Program-made: the position numbers and the translations under genes
Notes under the pieces: generated by a model
What the model was told of the DNA's origin: nothing
Database searches by the model: none
What the model saw: the letters and a program-made list of their open reading frames with translations, nothing else
Shown: positions 54,408 to 63,924 of the stretch, one piece after another
Numbering within the stretch: the stretch's first letter is position 1
How the letters are laid out: each line of letters begins with the position of its first letter
Source of the DNA: a virus
Taxonomy: Duplodnaviria; Caudoviricetes
DNA: 64,000 nt
Virus record (IMG/VR): IMGVR_UViG_3300037963_006186
Coordinates: 1,382 to 65,381 of that record
Strand: one strand, 5' to 3'

Positions 54408-57400
54408 CTAAAGCAACTCAACATCGCCAATCAGCTCTTTGTATAACAAGAATGATATCAAACCAGCTTCATGTAAATCATGAACATTAGAAATATTTCT
54501 TTTTAAATTTATTTTTTCTGAGGTGGTTAACTGGACACTTTGAACAGGATGTTTAAAAAATTTAGCCTTATTAAAAACATACCGATTTATTGATCCAAAC
54601 TCACCAAACATATCGACCAATGGTGCGCCCAACTCAATAGTATCATTTAAGCGAGACCTCTGTTCGTTCTCTTGTAATTCTCTAATGGCAATGTCCATGA
54701 CTATCTTCGGACCCTTGGCGCCGATTACTGTAAATGCACGAACATCATCATACCGCTGAACACCAGGAAAACGGGTTTCATTGTAAATATCAGAACCCAT
54801 CAAGTATCTTTGGTAGTCAGTATTAGAGTAGTCTTGCTCGGCCACAGCAAATTGATCTGCAGTCTGCAAGTACCAGTCATTCAACATCTGGCCACGCTTA
54901 GATTGTTTTTGGTCCTCAGAAAGACTGTCGTACTCAGCTTCAATCATTAAGAGCGTTGAATATAAACGGTCAGCAGAGATTCTTTTGTTGGTGACATCGT
55001 GAATCATTTCAATAACGGGGCCGATGTCAATCGATTGGTTGTATCCCCCCTCCATTGGATCTCCTGACTCTTGCGGCTTGTCAATTCCGACTCTCGAGTC
55101 AGAAGTGGTGCTGAAGCCAAACTCTGACATCATCGCATCAATGTCGCTAAACCGACTAAACAACGAACCGGAATCATTTAAGGCTGGATTGCCTTGTTCC
55201 TCTGCGGTCTTGGCTCCGGCTGTGGCTACGTCTGGGGCGGGGGGCTTGGGTACGTCGGCAGTCTTCACCGCTACGTGAATCTCATCGTCAAAAGCATCGT
55301 CCAGGCGAACATTGGCTGGGTCTACACGCACCTCAACCACTTCAGAGCCATAGCCCTCAGCTTGACCCGTAGGCTTGCTTGAAAAGAAAACCTCGTCAGT
55401 GTTCTCTTTGGAAACAAACTTTCCTGTTCTGCGAATCTCAGCAGCAGCCTCGGGAGTCGTCCGATGGTACAAAGTTATCGTGCCATCGTCGTTCAGCTTG
55501 GGAGTGTTGCCCTTTAAATCAGTCAGACCCTCAAGCTTCGCAGCACGAGCACCCTTCATACCCTTATACAGGGCCATGCCGCCCAGCCCAATCGCTCCCA
55601 GAGCGGCAGCCGCTGAAAGCTCCTCTTCCTCTGCTGCGGCGGCTCCTATGGCGATTCCAGGCAATGCAACGCTGTACAGCTTCTGGGGCTTGATGACCTT
55701 GTCTTTGACTTTGTCGGTGAGTTCGAAGAAGGGGACTTCGATGGATCGTTGCATCAATTCACCATCGACATCAAATTTTTCACCCACGCCAATGTTGGCT
55801 ATATCATGCTTCGCCTTCCTCGCAGCCTTGACCCGTGATTGGTATTCCTTTGTGGTCTCGTCCGGTAGGCGGTCAGGGGGTACAAAGGACTCTTTCTTGG
55901 CGATGCTGGGAATCAGGGTGTCGTAGTAGTACTGGTTGCCCTTGAAAATCCTTTCGGCTTCTTCTGCGCCCTCTGCCTGTTGACCACCGAACTCTTTAAT
56001 CTCTTCAAGACGCTTCAGAAACGTTTCTGGTTTGCCCACCAAAGCAACAGCCTCACTTCGCGGCAAAGTCACCACAGGCGTGATCATGTCTGCACGGCTG
56101 AACGCTACGCCGTCGTAGCCTCCGTCTGCGGCCTCGCGAAAGATGCGCTTGATGGCAAGGGCCGTCCACTCCTTGGTGTCTTTCAGGGGGGCGTCGGGGA
56201 CCTCGTCTCCACCTTGAGAGATATATCTTGGTGAATATTCGCGAATTGCACTTACTTCAATTTCACCGGACATGGGAGTATCGAAAACGATCTTCCCAGA
56301 ATCATCCATTCGATTGGAACCAACACCGATATCTAAGTTTGATTTCTGAGCTTGACGAATCAATCCATCCGCTGCTTCACTGGCTTTCACTCGTAAATTT
56401 ACAAGCTCAGGTCGTTGATCTGTAATGGATACATTGGGATTTTCTGCCATCCAATCGAGCAAGTTTTTTTGAGCGTCTTCCAGTTTTTTTAGTGCTTGGT
56501 CAACTTCACCTTTTAAAATATATTTACCTTCATACCCTCTTTTCCGTCCGGCTTGATGCCAGTCAGACTGAATCTCCTCAACAAACAGGATCTTGCGGCC
56601 CCTGCTATCAATCCGGGTCTTGAACCGGATGTGGACCATGACGTTGGGGATTTCGCTGTGGTGGGAGTCGGTGAAGACTTTTGAAGTGTCATGAACGGTA
56701 CCGTAATCAGGAAGGCGTTCTGCCTCATCGTATGCGTCTACAAGCTCTTGCTCTAAAGGGGTCAAATCATCCCTTCCCCTCAAGATGGATACGTTCAACC
56801 GCTGGTCTGCTTCTCTAGCTCGATCAGCGACTTCACGATATTTTTGGATTGCGACAGCACGCTTACTTGATTCGGGCACCGGAACCGTCAGCAGAATCTC
56901 TTGGTAGTCATCGCCGCCTGGGACGGTGTATTCCTTCCACTTGGGCAGCAATTTTTGGGAATCAAGCTGGAATGCCTTATACTTTTGTTCGTAATCTCTG
57001 CTTGCTTGGACATAGATCTTGTAGTCTTCAGAACTCTCAAACTTACGCAAAGCAGCCAACCGAGTCTCGACCTCGGGCATCTCGTTCAAAATACGGGCGA
57101 TTGTGCTCAGGTTTTGATGCTTCTCAATATTTCTATTTGCCTGCTTCAGGAAATCTGGATCAACACCAGAGGCAGGCACTACACTAAAATCAATGTACTG
57201 CTGTTCAACAAAGTCTTTATACTCAGGATCAGCCAGCTTCGCGTTAATCGTGTTGCGTGCCTCGGTGATCCGTGCGGCGTCTGTAGGCATCCAATTTGAA
57301 ATCGCAACATTGCGATTTAAATCAATCACTCCATTCACAACGTCTTGAACGTCTGGTGGCACATTCTCGAAACTTTTGATCCTCTCTAAGCCGCTAACAT

Positions 57401-58772
57401 AATCAATGTACAAATTGAGGAAGTAAAACGGATTGTCGGAAAAACGATGCATTTGGTCCGAAACGCTCTTACCAGGAGCAAGAATCCGAAAAAGATCGTT
57501 TGCGTCGTCCTCTAAAAGATCAAAGTATTGCGACCTAACCATTGCAAGGTCTTTGATTTCTTTTGGAGTGTCTTGTTCACCAAGCCGAACCTCTTCGATC
57601 TGGACCTTGTTGTCATTCAAGTGCTGGATCAACTCGTCCTTGGTGACGCTCTTTTTGCCCGATGCCTTTGCCGCATTGATGAAGTCGTCAAACTTTGTGT
57701 CGTTCCACTCGCTCTCCGAGATGTCCTTGTAGATGAACTCAGGATGACGAATCTCTTCCCCAGAGGGTGTGAGCTTCTTGTCGCCCTTCTTGTGGATGAT
57801 TTCCCCAGTATCCTTGTCCTTCACATCCTTCGTGTATCGAACAACTTCACCCGATTTCGGGTGCTTTTTGCGACCCAAAGTGCTTTCAAGCGCCTGAACA
57901 CCAACTTTATCGGGCAAGCCTGCCACTATCTTCTCTGATGCGGCCTCGAATACGGGTGCTGGTGCATCAGGTGCTGCCTTTGCTGCGTCAGACAAATCAT
58001 CAGGAGCACCACGAAGAATCTGCTTTGCAAAGCCGGATCCAACTAAAGGAATAGCCGCCGCTAAACCCGATATCGCCGTGTCAGTCAAATGATCGTAGCG
58101 CTCGTCAGGACGATCATACGCCAAGCGTGCAGACGAAATCGCCGAAACTAAATCCGAAGCACCCGTCGGATCCTTGAAACTCGCTATGTCAGCTAAATTA
58201 CGGGCAGACTCAGGATCATCCTCCAAAATGGCCTTCTGTGCCATCTCGTCAATAGCAACCTTTGCTTTCTCAGCAGTGCCAATAGGATCCTCAATCAAAT
58301 CCAAACCAACCTGACGCAAAGTAGAACCACGAACGTCCTTCACAAACTCAGGCTCGCCAACCACAGGATCAAAACCAAACTTCTCCTGAAGCCTGCGCTC
58401 CTCCTCCGGGTCAGAATGCTCGCCAAACAAATAGCGACCGCCCTCCGCCAACGCACGCTCACCACGGTACATCAACGATTCCTGACGCTCACGCTCGTCC
58501 TCACGCGCATCAATAGACGCAAACCAAGCATCCGTTTGGTCCTGATCCATGCCAGCAGGAACCTCAAAGCCCCGATACTCAGGACGAATGTCGCTACCAC
58601 GAAGACTCTTATACCTTTCCCGAAGATCACCAATCGATTCCTTAGCTTCAAACTCAGGTATCGAAGAGGCCCTCAATCCAGGCTCGTCAAGCGGCTGACC
58701 CGTCTCTCGAACAGGACCACGGAAGCTGCCCAACAATACGTCATCAAATGACGCCATAAAACTAAGCCCCAA
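54408..58772 (-). CDS. large polyvalent protein with EEIQSDW domain and ADP-ribosyltransferase-like domain
   Basis: YTVPGGDDYQEILL, HIRFKTR, LFVEEIQSDWHQ, VPDAP, AADGGYDGVAF; then ITLYHRTT...VFFS...GYG..VVEV. Confidence 0.75.
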   Translation of the reverse strand: MGLSFMASFDDVLLGSFRGPVRETGQPLDEPGLRASSIPEFEAKESIGDLRERYKSLRGSDIRPEYRGFEVPAGMDQDQTDAWFASIDAREDERERQESLMYRGERALAEGGRYLFGEHSDPEEERRLQEKFGFDPVVGEPEFVKDVRGSTLRQVGLDLIEDPIGTAEKAKVAIDEMAQKAILEDDPESARNLADIASFKDPTGASDLVSAISSARLAYDRPDERYDHLTDTAISGLAAAIPLVGSGFAKQILRGAPDDLSDAAKAAPDAPAPVFEAASEKIVAGLPDKVGVQALESTLGRKKHPKSGEVVRYTKDVKDKDTGEIIHKKGDKKLTPSGEEIRHPEFIYKDISESEWNDTKFDDFINAAKASGKKSVTKDELIQHLNDNKVQIEEVRLGEQDTPKEIKDLAMVRSQYFDLLEDDANDLFRILAPGKSVSDQMHRFSDNPFYFLNLYIDYVSGLERIKSFENVPPDVQDVVNGVIDLNRNVAISNWMPTDAARITEARNTINAKLADPEYKDFVEQQYIDFSVVPASGVDPDFLKQANRNIEKHQNLSTIARILNEMPEVETRLAALRKFESSEDYKIYVQASRDYEQKYKAFQLDSQKLLPKWKEYTVPGGDDYQEILLTVPVPESSKRAVAIQKYREVADRAREADQRLNVSILRGRDDLTPLEQELVDAYDEAERLPDYGTVHDTSKVFTDSHHSEIPNVMVHIRFKTRIDSRGRKILFVEEIQSDWHQAGRKRGYEGKYILKGEVDQALKKLEDAQKNLLDWMAENPNVSITDQRPELVNLRVKASEAADGLIRQAQKSNLDIGVGSNRMDDSGKIVFDTPMSGEIEVSAIREYSPRYISQGGDEVPDAPLKDTKEWTALAIKRIFREAADGGYDGVAFSRADMITPVVTLPRSEAVALVGKPETFLKRLEEIKEFGGQQAEGAEEAERIFKGNQYYYDTLIPSIAKKESFVPPDRLPDETTKEYQSRVKAARKAKHDIANIGVGEKFDVDGELMQRSIEVPFFELTDKVKDKVIKPQKLYSVALPGIAIGAAAAEEEELSAAAALGAIGLGGMALYKGMKGARAAKLEGLTDLKGNTPKLNDDGTITLYHRTTPEAAAEIRRTGKFVSKENTDEVFFSSKPTGQAEGYGSEVVEVRVDPANVRLDDAFDDEIHVAVKTADVPKPPAPDVATAGAKTAEEQGNPALNDSGSLFSRFSDIDAMMSEFGFSTTSDSRVGIDKPQESGDPMEGGYNQSIDIGPVIEMIHDVTNKRISADRLYSTLLMIEAEYDSLSEDQKQSKRGQMLNDWYLQTADQFAVAEQDYSNTDYQRYLMGSDIYNETRFPGVQRYDDVRAFTVIGAKGPKIVMDIAIRELQENEQRSRLNDTIELGAPLVDMFGEFGSINRYVFNKAKFFKHPVQSVQLTTSEKINLKRNISNVHDLHEAGLISFLLYKELIGDVELL

Positions 58773-59157
58773 TCAATGTGACCGCGACAGTCCCCGTAGG
58801 ATCAGTCGTGCCCGCAACACCCGCTGTGGTAGTGACCGCCATATGAATATAAACGCTGTTACCAACAGTGATCCCGCCAGGAACATACATCTCAACACTG
58901 CCGCCAGCAATGCACTTGTAAACCAAGAATGGATTGCTTGTGCCCACCGTCACATTGTTCGATGAAGTGGTGCTCGTATGCGTGTACAACTTCAAATAAA
59001 CATCTTCAGTTGTGTTCGATGTCGCATCAATCTTTAAACCGTAAAGCTTCGCAGCATTCTTTTGAAAAACATTGTCAACCAATGTTGCGTTTGCGGCAGA
59101 CTCGGTGAAAACCAAGGTTCCATGAGGATTTTGAAGAGTAGCAAGAAGGTCAGCCAT
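58762..59157 (-). CDS. small beta-rich virion protein (paralog of 16291..16683)
   Basis: LKIDAT, YLKLY, VTVGTSNP and AVTTTAGVAGTTDPT. Confidence 0.75.
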   Translation of the reverse strand: MADLLATLQNPHGTLVFTESAANATLVDNVFQKNAAKLYGLKIDATSNTTEDVYLKLYTHTSTTSSNNVTVGTSNPFLVYKCIAGGSVEMYVPGGITVGNSVYIHMAVTTTAGVAGTTDPTGTVAVTLIGA

Positions 59158-59166
59158 TTTAAAACC

Positions 59167-59544
59167 TCAAGAGTAAACAACAGTTACAGTAACGTTGCTG
59201 CCAGGATCACTCGTGTCATTCGTCTGACCACTGGCAACACAACGCATCGAAAGACCATTCACAACAGAAAGACCAGAAGGAAAGTTGAACGTAATGTTCT
59301 TTCCGCCATCAATCTGCAAAATATAATCAGGCTCAGTACTCGCAGCCACAATACCACCGTCTGGAACACTGTCGTACAACTTCAAAAACGAAGGAGTCGA
59401 TGAGTTCTGACCCGTGTTGTCCACCGTTATAGAATAAACAACCGATGTTCCATTCGTAAAGTTCTGAACCGTGGAACTGCCAAGATCTGTATCAACCAAA
59501 AACTTGTATGTGCAGTAAGAAGTATCGAGTGTGGTAATCGCCAT
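59167..59544 (-). CDS. small beta-rich virion protein (paralog of 16685..17056)
   Basis: NFTNGTSVVYSITVDN, FLKLYD, STEPDY and FPSGL. Confidence 0.75.
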   Translation of the reverse strand: MAITTLDTSYCTYKFLVDTDLGSSTVQNFTNGTSVVYSITVDNTGQNSSTPSFLKLYDSVPDGGIVAASTEPDYILQIDGGKNITFNFPSGLSVVNGLSMRCVASGQTNDTSDPGSNVTVTVVYS

Positions 59545-59603
59545 ATCTGATAGCCCTCAAAGTAAAGTCAAAACAACTTTACCTTATATCAACAATATAG
59601 CAA

Positions 59604-59639
59604 ACAAAGAAAAGACCCCGCCGAGCAAGCGAGGTCTTT
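59604..59639 (-). terminator. intrinsic terminator after rusA
   Basis: On the - strand AAAGACCTCGC/GCGGGGTCTTT stem followed by TCTTT. Confidence 0.75.
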
Positions 59640-59710
59640 ATAGCAAGCAAACAATGCATAGGAGAGAGCTTCTCCAAAAAAAGAGTAACCAAACCAGACA
59701 AGCCTGTCAA

Positions 59711-60244
59711 TCACCAGGGTACGTCATGAAGGAAACCATCCTCCTCACGAGTAAAATGGGCCAACGCAGACGCTGTTCTTCGCGTTGCCGAGTCCCACCA
59801 GCCCTCTAATGGCTCTGGTTGCGCAGGACGCATGCGTAAACACAGCCTCGGACCACGATCACGCTCTGCATAGAAGTCCTGTATCGTTACCTTGACCGCT
59901 AATGAGTCATCTCGCAAAACGCCTGCCATGACCAGCGCATCCAACGCACATTTACAAATGTTGTCTGCATCTGGCTTAGATCGCTTCCAAATCACGTGAT
60001 CTGGGTCTTTTCGGCGCAATAATCGCTTCGGACGGTGCGAAAATGCCGCTATTTCGACCTCAACAGGCTCATCAAGTGGCGCTTTTCGCCAAACACTGGT
60101 CATCACCATCGCTGCAGAACGCTCCCAATCTGCAGTCTTTTTCGGCGTATATAGCCTGACTTTGCCGCCAATCGACGCCCCTCTCGGACGACCCTTGCCT
60201 ATCGGATCGCCAGGAACTTCTACCATGTATAGCCACTCACTCAT
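59711..60244 (-). CDS. rusA: RusA-family Holliday junction resolvase
   Basis: PGDPIGKGRPR, YTPKKT and KPDADNICKCALDAL...DDS. Confidence 0.92.
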   Translation of the reverse strand: MSEWLYMVEVPGDPIGKGRPRGASIGGKVRLYTPKKTADWERSAAMVMTSVWRKAPLDEPVEVEIAAFSHRPKRLLRRKDPDHVIWKRSKPDADNICKCALDALVMAGVLRDDSLAVKVTIQDFYAERDRGPRLCLRMRPAQPEPLEGWWDSATRRTASALAHFTREEDGFLHDVPW

Positions 60245-60560
60245 ATTCCGCCTCGTGCCACTCAAGCAGATGGCTTCTTAGCTTATCGATAGACGGAACG
60301 TTCTCCATCTCTTCACAAGCCATATATATTTCATCAATAACTACAAATAACGCCCTTATTAGCTGCCTCTTATTTAAGTTAGACTCCAATTCATAAAGCG
60401 CCCACGGTATGTCCAGCCTCGATGGTATTTGCTTGCACCAATGAGGAACTGCTCTCCATTCGTCGCCATAGGTGGCCTTGTCTGCAAGCCAAGCATGCCA
60501 CTCTTTGATCATGACCCTCAAGTTTCTCGAAACGAACGCATGATCAAGCATTAGTTCCAC
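60237..60560 (-). CDS. hypothetical protein
   Basis: Overlaps both neighbours in operon fashion. Confidence 0.65.
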   Translation of the reverse strand: MELMLDHAFVSRNLRVMIKEWHAWLADKATYGDEWRAVPHWCKQIPSRLDIPWALYELESNLNKRQLIRALFVVIDEIYMACEEMENVPSIDKLRSHLLEWHEAEYE

Positions 60561-61516
60561 CTACTGGAAGAAGAACCTCTTGGATTCGTATTGGAAAAGT
60601 GCAAAGGATCGTCTATTTCATCCCACTCGTCCCACTCTACAAAGTTCAAAATGTCCTCTACCTCGTCATTGTCTACTCGAGCCCATCTGACAACACGCTT
60701 AGAGGCAACAAACGCTAAGGTCTCAGGTAAAGAGCCTGGATCGTTCAAATACTCCACGCGGACCCTACGCCAAAAGTCTTGAGACCGTTTTCTTGTTCTT
60801 CTGGTATGAAGCCGAAGCTTGTTGCCAATCTCAAGCTTTGGAACGTTTTGGACAGCCTTTTGGTGCGTTTTAATCTTCTTCTTGAAGCTGTAGAAAAGAG
60901 CACTGTCAACTACAGGGCCGTGTTTCAAAATATAGAAGTGTATGAATCTCATCGTACACCAAGCAAGCCTTTGCTTCTCCATTACCGTTTGGCGCCTGTC
61001 CAAGAAAGGGTCTGCAGAAACAAGCTTTTTATCGTGATCGGTTTCCTGCAAAATAGAATAGGCCAACGAAAAAAGCCTCCTTGGTGTGCCCTTCTTTCCT
61101 CGCAAAACAGCAAGATTTCCATCAGGATCGCATATTGCCACCTGAAACCCGTCAGAGCTTGCCTCCCACTGTTGCGTTTCAATGGATACCCGTCTAACGT
61201 TTTCAGCGTGATCCCAGTCGATTTCACCGGCCTTGTACTTACTGAGAAAGTAAGCAGTCTTGATTGGCCGCAAAACGTCCAAAAACTTTTCACTCAAACC
61301 AGCAAACTTGATCACCACATCGCCAACCTTCAGGTGGTTTTTTGCATGATCAGGTATTGATGTCAGACGAACAAAGTGAATGACTTGATTAGGTATTACA
61401 CCCATCATGTACTTCTTATATTCGTTAATTTCGTCCTGATTTTGAACGGTTACGCCAAGAACACCATCTATACCCGCCGCTGGAAAGCGATGAGCTAAAC
61501 ACACATATTTTGTCAT
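60551..61516 (-). CDS. hypothetical protein
   Basis: 321-aa ORF with GAGGT SD. Confidence 0.75.
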   Translation of the reverse strand: MTKYVCLAHRFPAAGIDGVLGVTVQNQDEINEYKKYMMGVIPNQVIHFVRLTSIPDHAKNHLKVGDVVIKFAGLSEKFLDVLRPIKTAYFLSKYKAGEIDWDHAENVRRVSIETQQWEASSDGFQVAICDPDGNLAVLRGKKGTPRRLFSLAYSILQETDHDKKLVSADPFLDRRQTVMEKQRLAWCTMRFIHFYILKHGPVVDSALFYSFKKKIKTHQKAVQNVPKLEIGNKLRLHTRRTRKRSQDFWRRVRVEYLNDPGSLPETLAFVASKRVVRWARVDNDEVEDILNFVEWDEWDEIDDPLHFSNTNPRGSSSSRWN

Positions 61517-61589
61517 TTATACCTCGGACAGCGAGTCTATGTCAGCGAAAGGTCTCAGTCAACAGCCGATTATCGCTATTTGTCGCAAA

Positions 61590-62115
61590 ATCCAGGGGGG
61601 CAATCGTGGCCGCCAAAAAAAACAAAAAAAACGAAACGAACCAGGGGGGGCATCAGTCGACGAAAAAACGCGAAAAAAAGACGCACCACACCACCCCCCC
61701 CACCGGGGGTCATCGAAACGGCGCCAAAAAACAACCACCACCACCGGGGGCATGCGTTCAGCTATGGCTCAAAGCGTCACACGTCACACCCCCCACGATT
61801 GAACCAGCGACAAACGCGGGCGATGATAGTTTTCGATACAGCCGCAACCGTGGCCACTGCTGAACTAACAACAGAGGAAACCACAGGGGGGACACTCGAA
61901 ACAAAAGAACGAAAAGAGCAAAGAGCGGAAACCGCCACGGCGCAAACTTCACAAGGTGAAGAAACAGGCGAAGCCGGCCCAGCATTTACAGGGGGGCGCT
62001 CGATTGAATCGGACACCACCACAACACGGGGGGCACCGGGAACTCTCAACGCTTGAGCTTTGCTCCAAGATATGAAGCGGCCCGAAACAGTACACCGCGC
62101 CCGTTGACGGGGGGC
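61590..62115. repeat. dispersed (CA/CC/AC)G5-7 repeats with A-tracts and strong strand bias
   Basis: G-run motif near 61592, 61641, 61700, 61741, 61881, 61988, 62024 and 62107; + strand T-poor. Confidence 0.6.
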
Positions 62116-62154
62116 GTCTGCTGATAGGCTGGAGAATGCAAGCGTTGCTGTCAT
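61777..62154 (-). CDS. possible small protein with RxxxxGRF motif
   Basis: RARCTVSGRFISW; low-complexity V/S tail; weak SD. Confidence 0.4.
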   Translation of the reverse strand: MTATLAFSSLSADAPRQRARCTVSGRFISWSKAQALRVPGAPRVVVVSDSIERPPVNAGPASPVSSPCEVCAVAVSALCSFRSFVSSVPPVVSSVVSSAVATVAAVSKTIIARVCRWFNRGGCDV

Positions 62155-62316
62155 ACCTGGAAAACTAAGCACACGTATATAAGGGGCAATAGGTAAAGCT
62201 TAAAAAAGCCATAAACGAAAAAAGTTTATTTTTTTTTGTTCGTCGATATTCAAGCTTCAAAGCGGGTTTTCGCAAAATGAAGAAAAGTAATTTCAATCTT
62301 TCTTTGTTTACCCCAC

Positions 62317-62350
62317 TTGTCATACCTGACACCGTGCCAAGATTCAAAAT
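62317..62350 (+). promoter_or_regulatory. candidate promoter for the structured RNA
   Basis: AT-rich upstream tract; TTGTCA within a TGTCA-N4-TGACA palindrome; extended -10-like TGcCAAGAT ending ~7 nt before the first hairpin; -35/-10 spacing is non-canonical. Confidence 0.35.
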
Positions 62351-63390
62351 GTCGGCGGAAACACCGGCACAGAGAAAAGCGCCAGCCACCCCAGCGGAAC
62401 CGTAGAAGGTGGCCAAAATCTCACCCGCTCTTTTAAATCTCCATAAGAATAGACAGGCAACCCGGAAACGGGTGGACCCTGACAAGCGGCGCGGGAAAGA
62501 TGAACCCCGCGCAATCGGCCACCGCTGAAATGCAGCAAGCGCAAAGTAGGAGAGACGCTCCCCACCGGGGGGCGCCATCCGAAACGGACTGACAACCCGG
62601 AGCCCCCAAACCTTAAGGAATCCGCCACGGCGGGCAAGGTGAGGCGAGCAGGACAGGCCAACCGATTGAACCCCGTTTGAGTTACCCCTCGGCACGTTTC
62701 AAGGACGGCGAGGGAGTGCCAAGACCCCAACACTGAGGGCGAGCGCCATAAAGGCCACCAGATACAGCACGGCCCTGTCTATTGTAAGCACCCGGAAAAT
62801 CGGAGCAGCCGCAAGGCGTGCCGGGTGAGTGAGTCCGCGAATACAGCGGGCGTCCGATGCGGCCAGCTATGCGGGGCCGTGGGAATATTCCCGAAGAGCA
62901 TAGCAGGGAAGCCCCCACCCAAAACGGGGGGACCGTTAGGCCGTGGCCTACGGATAGAGCGCCCCGGCGAGCGCCAATAATCGCCGCCCCCTTTTCGGTT
63001 CAAGGTGCGCAAGCCCTTCGACCAGTCCAGCCCATGGGCGTGAATAACTCCATAGGGCTGGACAAACCCACTCTACATAACCCGCGCCGGGGTTCCTTTT
63101 ACGTATCGAGGGAAGTCGAGCCCCGGCGGCGGGTGGACCCTCCACTATCATACCGCCACCGATACAACCGGCGGCCAGCAATATCGGCCAAAATGGCCAT
63201 ACATCACAAGCGAAAAGACAAGGGGCCTCGGTCCTTATCTCGTTTTGACGTTGTTTTCGGCGGTCTAAGCGACTCGCAACAATATTGCAGGCCACCCAAA
63301 CTCGGAACGGTTGACCAGTCAATAACCCCGGCGCATATTCCGCCTTGAACGCCGAATATCGCGGTGCCGTAGGTAGTTTCAAACGGCAAA
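62350..63390 (+). ncRNA. candidate large (~1 kb) highly structured non-coding RNA
   Basis: About 20 stems, GNRA tetraloops, perfect 10-bp long-range helix 62448-62457/62774-62783, G-U pairs favouring the + strand, and no credible ORF. Confidence 0.7.
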
Positions 63391-63424
63391 AAAGCGGCCT
63401 GGGCGCCCCCCTCGCACCTCAACC

Positions 63425-63825
63425 CCGGACGTTTTTTGTCCGGCTGTCCGTGACTTCTGCCCGTTTTGTCCTGTACCGTGTCCTGAACCCCTCCCCACTT
63501 GCCACACCCTCCCATGGTGATTATCTGTACCATACAGCCCAAACCCTTATGGCAGGTGTTCCATCAATGGGACAGGCCCTTTGAGGTTAGGCCACCCAAA
63601 AGACACGCTCAAACCCTCAATATTTTCATTCGTCCCAACCGTCCCGGACCTATTGGCCAAACTTTTTAAACCCCTATTTTTCCCTTCTACCCTTACTGTA
63701 TACACATTACCTTTTTTACCTAAAAGGTTCAGGACAGTTAGGACATTCTAAACTTTCCGGCCTACCACCGAAACTTTTCGCCGTCCCAAACCATGGGACA
63801 AACGGCCCCCACGGTGGGACAGCCC
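63425..63825. repeat. GGAC(A/G) iteron-like cluster around an AT-rich core; candidate replication origin
   Basis: TGTCCTG x2, TGGGACA x3, CGTCCC x3 and AGGACA x2 in both orientations; AT-rich 63659-63725. Confidence 0.55.
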
Positions 63826-63924
63826 CCCTTCTACTAAGGTCACACCCCTTTTGCCGGTTTCGAAATGACCTCAAAATCCAGCAGCGGATAAAAACCGGCC
63901 CCCTTTCACCTTGGAGTATCTGAC

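Noticed and set aside
17241-58751. Numerous + strand ORFs inside the late block
   Set aside because: Antisense shadows of long - strand genes; only 49943..50113 occupies a real gap.
62990-63025. tRNA, tmRNA or RNase P RNA within the structured region
   Set aside because: GGTTCAAG lacks a closing T-arm and acceptor stem with CCA; no GAGGAAAGTCC RNase P motif was seen.
62165-63584. Overlapping ORFs of 77-176 aa on both strands
   Set aside because: R/P/G/A-rich, lacking SDs and motifs, and mutually overlapping; expected by chance in GC-rich structured sequence.
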